Below the pieces are notes generated by a model, which did no database searches, was not told where the DNA came from, and saw nothing but the letters and a program-made list of their open reading frames with translations. From Phoronis australis (lineage: Eukaryota > Animalia > Phoronida): a stretch of DNA of 64,000 nt. Positions within the stretch are counted from its first letter, which is position 1; the number at the start of each line of letters is the position of its first letter. The position numbers and the translations under genes were made by a program. The DNA lies in assembly GCA_002633005.1 (NCBI GenBank), contig NMRA01000028.1, forward strand, positions 1,513,630 to 1,577,629, given 5' to 3'. Positions 62,480 through 64,000 of this stretch are shown in pieces.

Positions 62480-63720
62480 TTTGGGTGATCAGTCATACAA
62501 AACTTTCAGATACTATGCTTTATGTACCGTTGTCCAAAAGACTGTTAGAAATTGTTAAGAAGTTTCGCTTTTGTATGAGGGGCTATGAAATATAGGAGAC
62601 TTTTATGATTTTCTTGAAAAAGAAGAGTTGCATAAAATGAAAGTGAAATGATATTTAGAAAACTGTAATTTGATTCTGAGATTTCATCTTGAACTTTTAA
62701 TAGTAAACGGAATTTAGTCCATTCCATTAATACCAGTTTGTTTTACTATTAATGTAACTTGTTTCCTTAAGTTTTACTACAAGGCATGGTCATGTCATAT
62801 CAATAGCAGATTAACAAAAAGTCAATAGGCTTTCTACTGTCAGAAGATCAATAGTTTTGTGGAGTTAAACTATAGTTTTGTGGAGTTAAACTCTATAGTT
62901 TTGTTGATATTTGGTTGAATACACGGACTTGTCAATGACGTCCTGTGTAACCTTAATTTTTTGATTTTATAGCTTCCACCAGAAAATGTTTTGGGGAGCT
63001 GGGTTTTCAAAACAATGTTAACAGCCTTTGAAAATTAAAGGGAAATGTTAATTTGGTCTTTTCTTCTACAAAATAGGTGAGGTTTTACCATGATTTATAC
63101 CTAGTAAAGGCCGGCGGAAATTTTACCATTTTGTGGAAGGCCTTTTTAATCAGCGATGAGTTATCATGCGAAACTGAACCAGCGCACGCAATGCAATTTT
63201 TTGTCATGACTGAGGTGCCCAGTAACGGCTTCTTGCGCAGTTATCGAGATTATCTAGCAGCGAGGCTAGGAACTAGCACATGGCATAGTTATCATGTCCA
63301 GTCTCAACTGTGACATGCTTCCTTGTACAAGCTTTCAAGTCATTCTTATCTGAAATCCTATAAGTATTTGTTTTTGACCTCGATCAAGATGAATAATCCA
63401 CGTCATGTGCACAGGGTATGGCAAGATGCCCCTCAACATCTTTCAATCATACTTACAGATACATTCATACAAGTCAGTAATAGTATTAACACGACCAAAT
63501 TTCATTTGATATAAATGTTCAAGATAAAAATCTCAAAAACTGTTAAATTTTTTTAAAAAGATATTTCATTTTTGTTTTATGCAACTTTCATAAAAGTCCT
63601 ATTTTCAAGAGCAGCTGGTGTAAAGTAAAACATTATGAAAACAATCCCTAACAGGATTTATTGTAGAACAGTGCATACAGCATGGTATGTGAAAGTGTCT
63701 TATGAATGATTTGAGACATT
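62480..63720. mobile_element. Old element with ~220-bp diverged inverted arms; related arms at ~15400-15625 and ~59690-59885
   Basis: 62480-62700 reverse-complements 63515-63720 ('gttcaagat..aatctca', 'ttttatgcaact', 'cataaaagtc', 'gcat.gtat.tgaaagt'). Confidence 0.5.
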
Positions 63721-64000
63721 GCAAAGGTAGCCGTATTTGGACTCTGGGGCCCTACATAACTTTTGGTCATGGTCAATTTTTCTTCATCACAATCTTCAGC
63801 TGTTACTAGATATTCTTGTTTAAGTGAGTATTTTTTTCCGGTCTCTTGTTAACTCTTGACTCGGTTGGCAAATGTTTTTATTTATGTATAAATATTGATA
63901 AGACCCGAAATCTTTGTTCTGTGATGTAAATTTCTAATTTTTGATGCAGAATAAAAGAATCGTTTATTTTTAGTCATTGCTCTGTTACTTAATTAACTTT

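Overview
AT-rich, intron-rich animal (probably invertebrate) genomic DNA from a gapped assembly (single N at 24464, 30015, 51626). I assembled four spliced genes by hand from GT-AG junctions with consistent reading phase. (1) A 5'-incomplete GTF3C2/TFIIIC110-like WD40 gene (+, 181-12947) whose upstream exons encode ZNF512-like zinc fingers. (2) SRP68 (-, 14684-23148, 11 coding exons). (3) A tandem cyclic-nucleotide-binding-domain (CNBD2-like) gene (+, 32443-40590); its first two exons also appear at 29247-29983 within a 3.2-kb duplication joined at an N. (4) HIF1AN/FIH (-, 42850-51692), with exon 1 cut by a gap. Introns and the last 12 kb hold many decayed mobile elements: hairpin MITEs, hAT-like and IS3EU-like elements, a long-TIR element with a THAP remnant, a non-autonomous LTR element and tRNA-derived SINEs. 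The most interesting signal is the apparent ZNF512-type finger / TFIIIC110 fusion. All homology calls come from recalled protein motifs, not from database searches.
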